From positions 1-43,191 of the IMG/VR virus record IMGVR_UViG_3300048606_000021: DNA of 43,191 nucleotides, one strand, 5' to 3'. The stretch is from a virus (Duplodnaviria; Caudoviricetes). The notes under the pieces were generated by a model that saw nothing but the letters and a program-made list of their open reading frames with translations, had not been told where the DNA came from and did not search any database. This document shows, piece after piece, positions 16,454 to 25,923 of this stretch (its first letter is position 1; the number at the start of each line of letters is the position of its first letter). The position numbers and the translations under genes were made by a program.

Positions 16454-17952
16454 GCCACGCCGCCCAGCTCACACCGACTGAAACCGTGCATGCCGAGCTC
16501 GCGGAGTTCGTGGGCCAGTATTACGCCGATCCGCTCGGCTTCGTCCTGGCGGCCTACCCATGGGGCGAACCTGGCCCGCTCGAGCACGAAGAGGGGCCAG
16601 ACGACAATCAGCGCGAGTTTCTAACGGCGCTGGGGCAGGAAGTCGCCTCGCGCGGCTTCGATGGCCGTTCGGCCGTCATGCCAATCCTGATGAACGAGAC
16701 GAGCGGTCACGGGACCGGCAAGAGCGCTATGGGCGGCTGGATCACCGACTGGATCATCAGCACGCGGCCTAACAGCATCGGCACGGTCACGGCGGGCACC
16801 GCCACGCAGCTCGAGGAACGCACCTGGGCCGCGATCCAGTATTGGACGAGCCTGTGCATTACGGCGCTTTGGTTCGACGTGCAATCGCGCGGGATCTACC
16901 ATCGCAACCATCCCGAGACATGGAAAGTCGTCGCGCAGACGTGCAAGGAAGAGAACGCGCAGAGCTTCGCGGGGCAGCATGCCAAAACGTCCACAAGCTG
17001 GTACCTGTTCGATGAGGCCAGCGAAGTCCCTGACAAGATTTGGGAGACAGCGGCCGGCGGCCTGACGGACGGTGAGCCCATGTTCATCGCGTGGGGCCAG
17101 ATGGTCAGGAACACGGGCGAGTTCTATCGCGTGTGCTTTGGCGACAAAGCTGCCCGGTGGAACCATCGCCGCGTGGACTCTCGCACGAGCCGCTTTACGA
17201 ACAAAGCCCTGATCCAGCAGTGGATCAGCGACTACGGCGAGGACAGCGATTACGTCAAGGTGCGCGTCTTCGGGTTGCCGCCGTCCGCGTCCGAGCTCCA
17301 GTACATCGACAAGGGGCGTATTGCGGCCGCCCGTGGACGTGGCATGGTGCATCTCCCCGACGATCCGCTAGTCGCCGGCTTCGACGTGAGCGGCGGCGGC
17401 AAGGCGTGGAACGTGATCCGCTTCCGCCGGGGCCTGAACGGCGACGCGCTGCCGCCGATTCGGATTCCTGGCGAGCATGACGCGGATCGGTCCAAGCGCA
17501 TCGGGATCTGCGCGGAGCTGCTGGCGGATCGCCGGCCCGATCATCAGCTCGCGGCGCTGTTCATTGACTCGGCCTTCGGGGCGGCGATTGCGGTCAGGCT
17601 CCAGGCGCTCGGCTTCCGGCACGTCTACGAAGTCAACTTCGGCGGCCAGAGCCCCGATCCGCACTTCGCGAACATGCGGGCGTATATGTACGGCAAGACG
17701 AAAGAATGGCTGTTACTGGGCGGGCTCCCCGACGACAAAGACTTGTGCGAGCAGCTGGCCGTGCCGGGCTATCACATCAACGCGTCGGGGAAGACGGTCA
17801 TGGAGTCCAAGGCGGATATCCAGGCCCGTGGCGAAAAGAGTCCGGACGATGCCGATGCGTTCGTGTTGACGTTCGCGCAGGCGGTGGCCGTGCGCCGCGC
17901 GACGCCGAAGCCGCCCAGCGCGCGCCCGCGCTCGAATGCGTGGATGCAGTGA
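16450..17952 (+). CDS. terL: Terminase large subunit
   Basis: Walker A SGHGTGKS, Walker B YLFDEASEV, nuclease GFDV...SPDDADA. Confidence 0.93.
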   Translation: MSHAAQLTPTETVHAELAEFVGQYYADPLGFVLAAYPWGEPGPLEHEEGPDDNQREFLTALGQEVASRGFDGRSAVMPILMNETSGHGTGKSAMGGWITDWIISTRPNSIGTVTAGTATQLEERTWAAIQYWTSLCITALWFDVQSRGIYHRNHPETWKVVAQTCKEENAQSFAGQHAKTSTSWYLFDEASEVPDKIWETAAGGLTDGEPMFIAWGQMVRNTGEFYRVCFGDKAARWNHRRVDSRTSRFTNKALIQQWISDYGEDSDYVKVRVFGLPPSASELQYIDKGRIAAARGRGMVHLPDDPLVAGFDVSGGGKAWNVIRFRRGLNGDALPPIRIPGEHDADRSKRIGICAELLADRRPDHQLAALFIDSAFGAAIAVRLQALGFRHVYEVNFGGQSPDPHFANMRAYMYGKTKEWLLLGGLPDDKDLCEQLAVPGYHINASGKTVMESKADIQARGEKSPDDADAFVLTFAQAVAVRRATPKPPSARPRSNAWMQ

Positions 17953-17954
17953 TC

Positions 17955-17984
17955 TTGACGTTGGCGCCACGCACAATGTAGACT
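17955..17984 (+). promoter_or_regulatory. Promoter with operator-like site
   Basis: TTGACG-N18-TAGACT, 6 nt before ATG 17991; shares TGATCTTGACGTTG with 13690. Confidence 0.6.
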
Positions 17985-17990
17985 GACGCC

Positions 17991-18290
17991 ATGAACGATT
18001 ACTACGAAGGTAAATCACTGCTCCCGCGGAGCGAACGCCGCAAAGAGGAAGCAAAGGCGCGTCAGGCTGTGGCGGATCAGCCGCGCTGCGAGGCTGGCGC
18101 GCTCGGGGCGCCCATTCGCGGCGGCTACGATAGCGGCATCCGGCGCAGCACGCTTCGGGACCGGATCGATCAGACGCTCGCGGAGTTCGATTACGTCAGT
18201 GCTCGCGCAACCGCCGCCCTGGATGCGAAGCGGATCATTGACGCCAATCCCGAGTTTGCGGATCTGTTGGATCTGATCAACCGCTTCTAG
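17991..18290 (+). CDS. Hypothetical protein
   Basis: ORF directly after promoter. Confidence 0.6.
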   Translation: MNDYYEGKSLLPRSERRKEEAKARQAVADQPRCEAGALGAPIRGGYDSGIRRSTLRDRIDQTLAEFDYVSARATAALDAKRIIDANPEFADLLDLINRF

Positions 18291-18390
18291 CGCCCTATCG
18301 GAGCTTCGGCCGGTGTCCCGTGGCTCTAGAGGAGACGCGGGGGCGCTCACACTGAGCGTGCTGGGGAGCCACCGGCCGACGCAATGTATC

Positions 18391-18420
18391 TTGCGTCAAC
18401 GCCACGACACAGCCTAGAAT
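18391..18420 (+). promoter_or_regulatory. Promoter with operator-like site
   Basis: TTGCGT-N18-TAGAAT; TTGCGT-CA-ACGCCA; ATG 7 nt downstream. Confidence 0.65.
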
Positions 18421-18427
18421 AGGCTAC

Positions 18428-18601
18428 ATGTCCTACACGCTTTCGGCCAAGAAGACCCGCGCCGCCGTCCGCGATCTCGCACTCACCAACGACGAAATCA
18501 TCGGCGTAGTCCAGCAGCACGAGCGCGCCATCAACATCCTCACGACGCTCGCCAAGCGGCCGTTCGTCGGCCGCCTGCGTTGGCTCCTGACCGGCAAGTA
18601 A
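18428..18601 (+). CDS. Hypothetical protein (57 aa)
   Basis: MSYTLSAKKT...RLRWLLTGK; TAATG coupling; not in ORF track. Confidence 0.6.
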   Translation: MSYTLSAKKTRAAVRDLALTNDEIIGVVQQHERAINILTTLAKRPFVGRLRWLLTGK

Positions 18602-18795
18602 TGGCCGCCCGCAAATACGACTCCACGGTTGCCCGCATCGCCGGGAACATCCTCAGCGGCGCGGGCCTCAAGCCCCCCTCCGGCTACGATACCGCCCAGC
18701 GTGACGCCGATGCGGCCCGGTGGGCCGTGGGCCTGGCGCGGCTCGTGGTCGCTGAAACCGAGCGCGCCGACCGCGCCGAGGCCGAAGGCGAATGA
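18601..18795 (+). CDS. Hypothetical protein
   Basis: MAARKYDST...; coupled. Confidence 0.55.
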   Translation: MAARKYDSTVARIAGNILSGAGLKPPSGYDTAQRDADAARWAVGLARLVVAETERADRAEAEGE

Positions 18796-18908
18796 TCGCC
18801 CGCTTCCTCTGCGCGCTCGGCTTCCACGACACCGGCCCGCTGCATGTCTCGCGGCGCTTTCGCGTCTGCGGTCGCTGTCGCCTGACCGTGTGGGAGTTCT
18901 GGCAGTGA
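18792..18908 (+). CDS. DUF1660-like small Zn-binding protein (38 aa)
   Basis: MIARFLCALGFH...CGRC. Confidence 0.55.
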   Translation: MIARFLCALGFHDTGPLHVSRRFRVCGRCRLTVWEFWQ

Positions 18909-19075
18909 CGCCCGTATCCGCGCCGGCCACGCCAGCCGCCCAGCCCTACGGCTACCGGCCAAGCTATCGCGAACAGAAGATCGCCGACATGACCGACTAC
19001 TACCGGCGGCCGATCTACGTGCTCGACGAGCACATGGTATCGCTGATGCCGCAGGGCCGCGAGCTCGCGCACTAA
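18905..19075 (+). CDS. Hypothetical protein
   Basis: GTGA-coupled; ends just before portal. Confidence 0.45.
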   Translation: MTPVSAPATPAAQPYGYRPSYREQKIADMTDYYRRPIYVLDEHMVSLMPQGRELAH

Positions 19076-19079
19076 CCAC

Positions 19080-21209
19080 ATGGCCAAAAAGACCGCCGTC
19101 ACGCCCGATCCCAACGAAGCCCTATTGACGCTCGCGCGCAAACGCTTCCGCATGTCTGCGGACGCGGAGGCGACGCTGCGAAAGAATCAGCTTGAAGCCA
19201 AGAAGTTTGCCGGCGGCGAGCATTGGGATCCGGTGGTCAAGGCGCGGCGGGAAGAGGACGGCGATCCCTGCCTGACGTTCGATCTGCTGAAGCCGCAGAT
19301 CAAGCAGATCACGAACCAGCAGCGCGCGATGCGCCCGGCGGTCAACGTTAATCCCGTGGACAATGGGGCCGATGTCGAGACGGCCGAAGTGTTCCAGGGC
19401 ATCATCCGGCATATCGAGGCCGACAGCGACGCGGACGACGCCTACGACCAAGCAGGCAAGGACCAGACCGAGATCGGGCGCGGCTGGTTCAAGTTCACCA
19501 CGGAGTATTGCGACGACGAAACCGGCGACCAGAAGATCAAGATCGAGCGGATCCGTAACCCGTTCAGCGTCTATCCCGATCCCTCGGTCAAGCGCCGCGA
19601 CTACTCCGACGCGAAATTCCTGCTTGAAACGTCGGATTGGCTCCCCGAAGACCTGAAAGAACGGTTCCCGAACGCGAAATTCGTCAACGTCGATGACTTC
19701 GAGGGCATCGGCGACGATGGCGCCAAGTGGATCAACGGCGAGCGGATCCGCGTAGCGCTCTACTGGACCGTGAACACGACGCGGACGCTGTTGGCGCTCG
19801 GCGTCGGCCGTAGCCGGCCGGTCAAAGCGGTCAAGGTGTCGTGCCACACGATCACCGGCCTGGAAGTCTTGGAGTCCTACGAGTGGGCCGGGAAATACAT
19901 CCCCTACGTGCCCGTCATTGGCGAAGAGATCGACCTCGAAGGCAAGGTCGAGTATCGCGGCGTCGTGTGGGGCGCCATGAGCCCGTCACGCGCCTTCGAC
20001 TACATCAAGTCCAAAGCCATCGAAGTGATCGCGCTCACGCCGCTGGCGCCCTACGTTGCCGAAGAGGGCCAGCTCGAAGGCCACGAGGCGATGTGGGAAC
20101 AGGCGAACCGCAAAAAGTTCCCCGTCCTGCAATACAAGCGCGTCGGCCTGTCGGGCCAGCCCGCGCCGCCGCCCCAGCGCAGCTTTGGCGAGCCGCCGGT
20201 CCAGGCATTGAACGCCGAGGCGGCCGAAGCACAGAACCTCGTGCGGATGTCTACGGGGTTCTTCAACCCGCTGGACCGCCCGAAGGATGAGTCCGGCGTG
20301 GCGCTGCGCGAGCGCCGCCAGCAGGGCGAGCACGGCAACAGCGATTATCTCGACGGCCTGGCGCGCGGGATCCGGTTCGGTGGGCGCATCCTGATCGACC
20401 TGATCCCGAAAATCTACGACGTGCCGCGCGTGTTCCGCATTCTCGGGAAGGACAATCAGCCCAAGAGCGTCGTCGTCCACGCCGGCAACGCTGAGGCCGC
20501 GCAGGGCATGGACGGCGAGGGCATCAAGGGGATCTACGACTTGGGCGCGGGCGTCTATGACGTGACCGTGACGGTTGGATCGACCGAAACCGCGCGTCAG
20601 GAGTTCGTGGAGCAGGTGGGCGAGCTTTTCCAGGCGCATCCCGAAGTGTTCAGCATCATCGGGGATCTCTACTTTGATCACATGGACATGCCGGGCGCGA
20701 AACAGATCGCCGAGCGTCTCAAAAAGACGCTGCCCGAGAACTTGCAGGATCAGGATCCGGGATCGCCTGCGTCGTTGCAGATGAAGGCGTCGCAGCTCGG
20801 CCAACAGGTCCAGCAGATGGGCCAGGCGCTCCAAGAGGCGCAGCGCAAGATCGAGACGGACGAAGCCAAGCAGGGCGCGTCGATCAAGATCAAGGAAATG
20901 GATCTCGAGTTCCAGCGCGAAAAGCTGGCCGTGGAGAGCGAAACCAAAATCACGGTCGCCGAACTGAGCGCCAAGATCGACCGTATGGCGCTGTTCCTCG
21001 AAGAACGTGCCCGGCTTGGCGTGCAGACCGAAAGCGAGCGCGCCAGGGGCCATGAGGCCGGCTTGTCGGAGGCGGGGCGCCGTCACGAGGCCGCGATGAG
21101 CACGCAGAGCCACGAGCAGGGCTTGGAGTCTGGCGCCGCCGGTAGCGAGCTGGCGATGGCTCAGGCTGAGCACGCGCAGTCTATCGCGCCGGTTGAAGAG
21201 GCCGCGTAA
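19080..21209 (+). CDS. P22-like portal protein
   Basis: 709 aa; F..GEHWD...PCLTFD, VYPDP, ESGVALRERRQQG, C-terminal coiled-coil barrel. Confidence 0.9.
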   Translation: MAKKTAVTPDPNEALLTLARKRFRMSADAEATLRKNQLEAKKFAGGEHWDPVVKARREEDGDPCLTFDLLKPQIKQITNQQRAMRPAVNVNPVDNGADVETAEVFQGIIRHIEADSDADDAYDQAGKDQTEIGRGWFKFTTEYCDDETGDQKIKIERIRNPFSVYPDPSVKRRDYSDAKFLLETSDWLPEDLKERFPNAKFVNVDDFEGIGDDGAKWINGERIRVALYWTVNTTRTLLALGVGRSRPVKAVKVSCHTITGLEVLESYEWAGKYIPYVPVIGEEIDLEGKVEYRGVVWGAMSPSRAFDYIKSKAIEVIALTPLAPYVAEEGQLEGHEAMWEQANRKKFPVLQYKRVGLSGQPAPPPQRSFGEPPVQALNAEAAEAQNLVRMSTGFFNPLDRPKDESGVALRERRQQGEHGNSDYLDGLARGIRFGGRILIDLIPKIYDVPRVFRILGKDNQPKSVVVHAGNAEAAQGMDGEGIKGIYDLGAGVYDVTVTVGSTETARQEFVEQVGELFQAHPEVFSIIGDLYFDHMDMPGAKQIAERLKKTLPENLQDQDPGSPASLQMKASQLGQQVQQMGQALQEAQRKIETDEAKQGASIKIKEMDLEFQREKLAVESETKITVAELSAKIDRMALFLEERARLGVQTESERARGHEAGLSEAGRRHEAAMSTQSHEQGLESGAAGSELAMAQAEHAQSIAPVEEAA

Positions 21210-21218
21210 CGATTTTCT

Positions 21219-21248
21219 TTGCGTCAACACCCAAAACGAAAGTAGACT
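21219..21248 (+). promoter_or_regulatory. Promoter with operator-like site upstream of scaffold
   Basis: TTGCGT-N18-TAGACT, 5 nt before ATG 21254. Confidence 0.6.
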
Positions 21249-21253
21249 GAGAT

Positions 21254-22210
21254 ATGCCCGATCCGGTAGTCGTGGAAGCAACGATCGAGACACCAGAGCA
21301 GGTAGCGGCCCCGACGCCGCTGGCAGACGTTGAAAGCCTCACGGAATACCGCGAGCGCCGCAGCAAAGGCGAAGAGCCCGGCGAGACACCGGAAGTCAAG
21401 ACCGAAGAGAAGGTCGAGACGAAAGCGGAAGTCGTTGCCGAGCCGGACGCGGCCAGCAAGGCAGGCAAAGAGCTTGCGGCCAAGCGCGGCAGTCTCCAGG
21501 CACGGATCGATGAGCTGACGCGCGACAAGCACACGTCGGCGAGCGAAACCGCCACGGCGCGCGCGGAAGCGGCGGCGCTCAAGGCGGAACTGGCGGCCCT
21601 GAAGTCGGGCAAGCCGGCCGAGACGAAGCCGGAGCCGAAAGCGGCCGTCGTGGATCCGAACGATCCCGAACCGGACATCGCGAAGTACGACGACTACACG
21701 AAGTACACGCGCGAACTGGCCCGCTGGGAAGCGCGCCAGGAGTTGAAGGCCGCCCGCGCCGAGACGGACGCCGCCAGCCGCACGACGGCCGCCGAGACGG
21801 CCCGCGCGACGGTCATGGCGAAGGGCGCCGAAGCGTTTGGCGACTTTCAAGAGAAAGTAGCCGCGTTCGAGGCCGCAGGCGGGCAGTATGCGCCAGCGGC
21901 GGTGCAAGTGATTCTGCGGCACGAGATGGGCCATGCGTTCGCGTATGCCTACGTGAGCGACCCGGCCATCGCGGCGCGGATCGACGGCGCAGACAGCCCG
22001 TACGCGGCGATGCTCGAAGCGGGCGCGGTGGTTGCGGAACTGAAGGCGGCCAAGGCGGCGGCTGACAAGCCCAAGCCGAAGCCGGTATCGAAGGCTCCGG
22101 CCCCGGTGGAGCCGGTTGCGGGTGAGTCGGTGGAAAGCACGCCGGACCCCGCCAATATGTCGTCTGTGACCGAGTGGCGCAAGCAGCGCGCGAAGTTCAT
22201 GGCGGCGTAA
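21254..22210 (+). CDS. Scaffolding protein
   Basis: Acidic/coiled-coil; LQARIDELT, PEPDIAKYDDY, SKAPAPVEP; between portal and coat. Confidence 0.85.
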   Translation: MPDPVVVEATIETPEQVAAPTPLADVESLTEYRERRSKGEEPGETPEVKTEEKVETKAEVVAEPDAASKAGKELAAKRGSLQARIDELTRDKHTSASETATARAEAAALKAELAALKSGKPAETKPEPKAAVVDPNDPEPDIAKYDDYTKYTRELARWEARQELKAARAETDAASRTTAAETARATVMAKGAEAFGDFQEKVAAFEAAGGQYAPAAVQVILRHEMGHAFAYAYVSDPAIAARIDGADSPYAAMLEAGAVVAELKAAKAAADKPKPKPVSKAPAPVEPVAGESVESTPDPANMSSVTEWRKQRAKFMAA

Positions 22211-22619
22211 GCAAGCGTGTGAAACGCGGCGTACATGGACGCGCGGGCGCAACCGAGGAAGCACAAGCGCTCGCGGGCTGATCGTTGCGGCTGAAAGATG
22301 CCGACGGGCCATGTTTAATTTTCAATATCCAGCGCTGTATACGCGCGGAACGACTCGCCGGCCGTAAGCCGCGCGCCAACGTCGGCGTAAATGGCGTGAC
22401 AGGAAGGAGAGACTTCCCTAGATTTTCCTTCTGATGGCGCAAGGAAAATCGAGCGCGCATTTTGGCGCGTCGCTTCGGCCATCGTTCTGAGTCACGGCGC
22501 GAACGTCGGCCCGCCTGGCGCAGTCTGTAGTTCCCGCGATGACTCCCCGCTAAGCCGGCCGGGACAGTCCGCAGAGATCGCCCGAATCGTGTTCGGGCCT
22601 CTGAGGCGTCCCCTTGGCC
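22211..22619 (+). ncRNA. Putative large structured RNA / coat 5' leader
   Basis: 403-nt gap with many nested complementary segments and a possible pseudoknot (see findings). Confidence 0.6.
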
Positions 22620-23843
22620 ACCAACGTATTTCTTACCGACGACATCATCACGCTTGAGGGTCTGTCCATCCTCGAGAACGAGCTCGGCTGCAAAGCCATC
22701 ACCGACCGCAAGTACGAGGCGCTGTTCGGCACGCACGGCGGGTCCAATCGTAGCGATACGATTCGCGTCCGCAAGCCGAACCAGTACACCGTCCGCACCG
22801 GCCGCACCTTCACCGCGCAGAACATCGAAGACCAGTACACGACGATGGTCGTGGACACACAGATCGGCGTGGACACCGAAATCTACTCCGACGAACTGAA
22901 ACAGGACTTGTCGTCCTTTTCGGATCAGGTCATCCGCCCGCAGATGGTGCTCCTGGCCAACTACGTGGACGCGGCGGTCCTCGCGGCGGCCTTGCAGACG
23001 CCGAACGTCGTGGGCACCCCCGGCACGGTCCCTTCGGATCTGCGGACCTACCTCGCGGCGGGCGTGAAGCTGGATCAGGGCGCGGCTCCGCGCGACGGGC
23101 AGCGTTCGGCGCTCATCGGTCCCACGATGCAGATGGAGATCGTGGACGGGCTGAAGGGCCTCTACAACAACCAGGGCAAGATCGGCGACCAGTTCACCAC
23201 GGGCGAAGTGTCGAGCAAGGCCGCGGGCCTGAAGTTCGCCATGGATCAGAACGTCGCGAATCACACGGTTGGCCCGCAGGGCGGAACCCCGCTCGTCACC
23301 AGCGTGCCGCTGAGCGGTGCGACCGCGCTTGTCACGAAGGGCTGGAACGCTGTGGCGGCCTCGCGCCTCGTGGTGAATGACGTGTTCACTGTGGCGAACG
23401 TCTACGGCGTGAACCCCGTCTCGAAGGCGAGCACGGGCGCGCTCCAGCAGTTCCGCGTGACGGCGGCGTTCTCCAGCGACGCATCCGGCAACGGCTCAAT
23501 CTCGGTCTATCCGCCCATGATCAGCTCGGGCGCGTATCAGACCATCACGGCTCTGCCGCAGGTGGACGCGCCGATCTCGGTGCTTGGCGCGCCGGGCACC
23601 GTGAGCGCACAGGGCATCGTGGCCCACAAGTCGGCGATTGCGCTCGCGTTCTGCGAACTGCCCAAGCCGGATGGCGTGGATCAGTCGTCCAGCAAGACGG
23701 ACAAGAAGCTCGGCATTTCCATGCGCTTCGTGCGCTGGTATGACGGGGACGCGGACCTGTGGAAAGCCCGTTTCGACATCAAGTACGGGATCAAGGTTCT
23801 GCGGCCGGAGTGGGTCTGCCGCGTCGCATCGGGCGCCGCCTAA
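22614..23843 (+). CDS. Major capsid protein, P22 gp5-like
   Basis: TTG start with GAGG; DTIRVRKP, FAMDQN, RFDIKYG..VLRPEW. Confidence 0.92.
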   Translation: MATNVFLTDDIITLEGLSILENELGCKAITDRKYEALFGTHGGSNRSDTIRVRKPNQYTVRTGRTFTAQNIEDQYTTMVVDTQIGVDTEIYSDELKQDLSSFSDQVIRPQMVLLANYVDAAVLAAALQTPNVVGTPGTVPSDLRTYLAAGVKLDQGAAPRDGQRSALIGPTMQMEIVDGLKGLYNNQGKIGDQFTTGEVSSKAAGLKFAMDQNVANHTVGPQGGTPLVTSVPLSGATALVTKGWNAVAASRLVVNDVFTVANVYGVNPVSKASTGALQQFRVTAAFSSDASGNGSISVYPPMISSGAYQTITALPQVDAPISVLGAPGTVSAQGIVAHKSAIALAFCELPKPDGVDQSSSKTDKKLGISMRFVRWYDGDADLWKARFDIKYGIKVLRPEWVCRVASGAA

Positions 23844-23846
23844 TTG

Positions 23847-23892
23847 AACCTGTCGGGCGCGTGGGCATAGGGCTCACGCGCCCGAGGTTTTT
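23847..23892 (+). terminator. Rho-independent terminator after coat gene
   Basis: Stem TCGGGCGCGTGGGC/GCTCACGCGCCCGA followed by GGTTTTT. Confidence 0.75.
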
Positions 23893-23915
23893 CCCCAAGA
23901 CAGGATTCAATCACC

Positions 23916-24890
23916 ATGCAGTTTCTTACCCGCGAGGGGTCGTTTGACGGCGGCCTCCGCAAGCAGATCAACTCGAATTTCTCACAGCTTGGCAGCGCGC
24001 TCGGATCGCCTGCGGCTGGTACGACCTATTGGGCCGATGCCAATAGCGGTAACGACGGCGCCGATGGCCTGAGCCCGGCGACGGCGTTTCGGACCATCGC
24101 GAAAGCGTTCACGGTGATCGCGTCGGGCGATACGATTCGCCTGCGCGGCAAGTTCCGTGAGCAGCTCGTGACGCCGGTTCAGGTGTTCGATGTCACCGTG
24201 ATCGGCGACGGCACGCGGCCCCGCCATGCGGACGCGACTCCGGACGGCGGCCAGAAGGCGACGGCAACGTGGACCGATCCGGTCACGCCGACTGCGGGCC
24301 AGGCGCTCGTGGACGTGCGTCAGCAGGGTTGGCGCTTCGTCAATATTCTGTTCGCGGCCAATGCGACCGGCGCGGCGATTCGGCTCTATCGCGACGCGGG
24401 CGCGGGCAATCTCGAGCGCGACGCCTCGCATGCGGAGATCCTGGGATGCCGGTTCGCGTCCGGCCTGAACGGGATCAGCGATACGGGCGGCTGTGCTGAC
24501 GTGCTCGTGGCGGGCAACCGTTTCGAGGCCCTGACCGGCTTCTGCATTCTCGGCGTCGGCAACATCGGCGTGGGGCAGAGCGATTGGTATGTCCGTGGCA
24601 ACACGTTCGATGGGTTCACCAACGGCGTGAAGATCGCGGCGTTCGGATGCCGGGTTCAGGACAACACCTTCACCGCTGGCGGGACTCCCAACACGACCGT
24701 GGTCCTCAACATGACCAACGGCGGCGGGGACAACAACTTCATCGTGGCGAATTTCTTCCAGACCGCCACGGCGAATTTCAACACCCCTGACGTGGTTGGC
24801 GCGGCTACCGACGTGTGGGCCGTGAACGCGTCGATCGACTCGACTTCTGCCGGCGTCGGCGGAAATTACGAGTGGGGCCGCCCCGCTTAA
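23916..24890 (+). CDS. Right-handed beta-helix (pectin-lyase-like) virion protein
   Basis: YWADANSGNDGADGLSPATAFRTIAKA...GDTIRLRG; repeated xNxF turns. Confidence 0.7.
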   Translation: MQFLTREGSFDGGLRKQINSNFSQLGSALGSPAAGTTYWADANSGNDGADGLSPATAFRTIAKAFTVIASGDTIRLRGKFREQLVTPVQVFDVTVIGDGTRPRHADATPDGGQKATATWTDPVTPTAGQALVDVRQQGWRFVNILFAANATGAAIRLYRDAGAGNLERDASHAEILGCRFASGLNGISDTGGCADVLVAGNRFEALTGFCILGVGNIGVGQSDWYVRGNTFDGFTNGVKIAAFGCRVQDNTFTAGGTPNTTVVLNMTNGGGDNNFIVANFFQTATANFNTPDVVGAATDVWAVNASIDSTSAGVGGNYEWGRPA

Positions 24891-24902
24891 TAGCGGCGGT
24901 CC

Positions 24903-25544
24903 ATGCCGAAGCTCTCATCGTATAGCGACGGAGGCACGCCCCTGACCGGGGACGTGCTTCCGATCGTTCGCGCTGGGGTGAATCGGCGCATCACGGTTGG
25001 CGCGATCGTTGGGCTTGTGCCTTCGGGCGGGACAGGCCCGCAGGGACCGCAAGGCGAGACAGGGGCCACGGGCGCCGCAGGGGCGGCCGGTGCGCCTGGA
25101 ACGAACGGCACGAACGGCGCTACGGGCTCGCAGGGTATCCAAGGCGTCAAGGGTGACACCGGCGCTCAGGGTATCCAGGGCATTCAAGGTATTCAGGGCG
25201 CCACTGGATCGACAGGTCCGGCTGGCGCCAGCGGCCAACCGCTCGGCTTTACCGCGCTGGCAAATGACACGTTGGCGCTCGCGCTCGCGACGAACATCCA
25301 CATTCGCCTGACGGTGACGGCCGCCAGGACCGTGACAACGACCGTGCCGGCGGCGGGCGTGCTCTGCACGGTGGAGATTGTCACGAGCGGCGCGTCCAGC
25401 TTCGTGATTACGTTCGGGACCGGCTTTCGGACTGTCAGCACGCTCGCGACAGGCGCGACAACCGCGCGAGTATTCGTGGTGACGTTTCGATCGGACGGCA
25501 CGGTTCTACGCGAAGTCTGCCGCACGGCCGCGATGGTGGTCTAG
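24903..25544 (+). CDS. Collagen-like head fibre/decoration protein
   Basis: About 22 Gly-X-Y triplets; N-terminal KLSSY...[15 protein letters not shown] motif. Confidence 0.75.
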   Translation: MPKLSSYSDGGTPLTGDVLPIVRAGVNRRITVGAIVGLVPSGGTGPQGPQGETGATGAAGAAGAPGTNGTNGATGSQGIQGVKGDTGAQGIQGIQGIQGATGSTGPAGASGQPLGFTALANDTLALALATNIHIRLTVTAARTVTTTVPAAGVLCTVEIVTSGASSFVITFGTGFRTVSTLATGATTARVFVVTFRSDGTVLREVCRTAAMVV

Positions 25545-25673
25545 GTGCTACAGGACGAAGCGGGCGACCAGTTGCTAGACGAGCAGGGCGATCCGATGGT
25601 CGCTGAAGACTACGAGCCGGCGCAAGTCTCTGACGCCGTGACGCCGGCACACACGATTCTTTTTGACTGGTAA
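25545..25673 (+). CDS. Small acidic peptide (42 aa), in frame after TAG
   Basis: VLQDEAGDQLLDEQGDPMVAED...; not in ORF track. Confidence 0.5.
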   Translation: MLQDEAGDQLLDEQGDPMVAEDYEPAQVSDAVTPAHTILFDW

Positions 25674-25677
25674 TTCC

Positions 25678-25920
25678 ATGAGCAAACCCTACAACAAAGC
25701 CACCGCGATCACGAAGAGTGATACGGACAACTTCCCCACGAACGACGGCCCCTGCGATGCGATCTTTGTCGGCGGCGCCGGGATCGTGGTCGCCGTGTTC
25801 GAGAACGACACCACGGCGCAGTTTACGTGTGTCGCGGGTCAGCTCTTGCCGGTGCGCGCCAAGCGCGTGAACAGCACGACGACTACCGCCACGCTCATGG
25901 TCGCGCTCTACCGGGTCTAA
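25678..25920 (+). CDS. Small beta-rich virion protein
   Basis: AITKSDT...AIFVGGAG...GQLLPVRAKRVNST.TTAT pattern seen in phage/GTA spike-base proteins. Confidence 0.6.
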   Translation: MSKPYNKATAITKSDTDNFPTNDGPCDAIFVGGAGIVVAVFENDTTAQFTCVAGQLLPVRAKRVNSTTTTATLMVALYRV

Positions 25921-25923
25921 CTC

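Noticed and set aside
22211-22613. Group I intron (AACGACT, GACAGTCC resemble R/S elements)
   Set aside because: Lies between two complete genes; GACT pairs in a simple nested helix, and no P3/P7 topology could be built by eye
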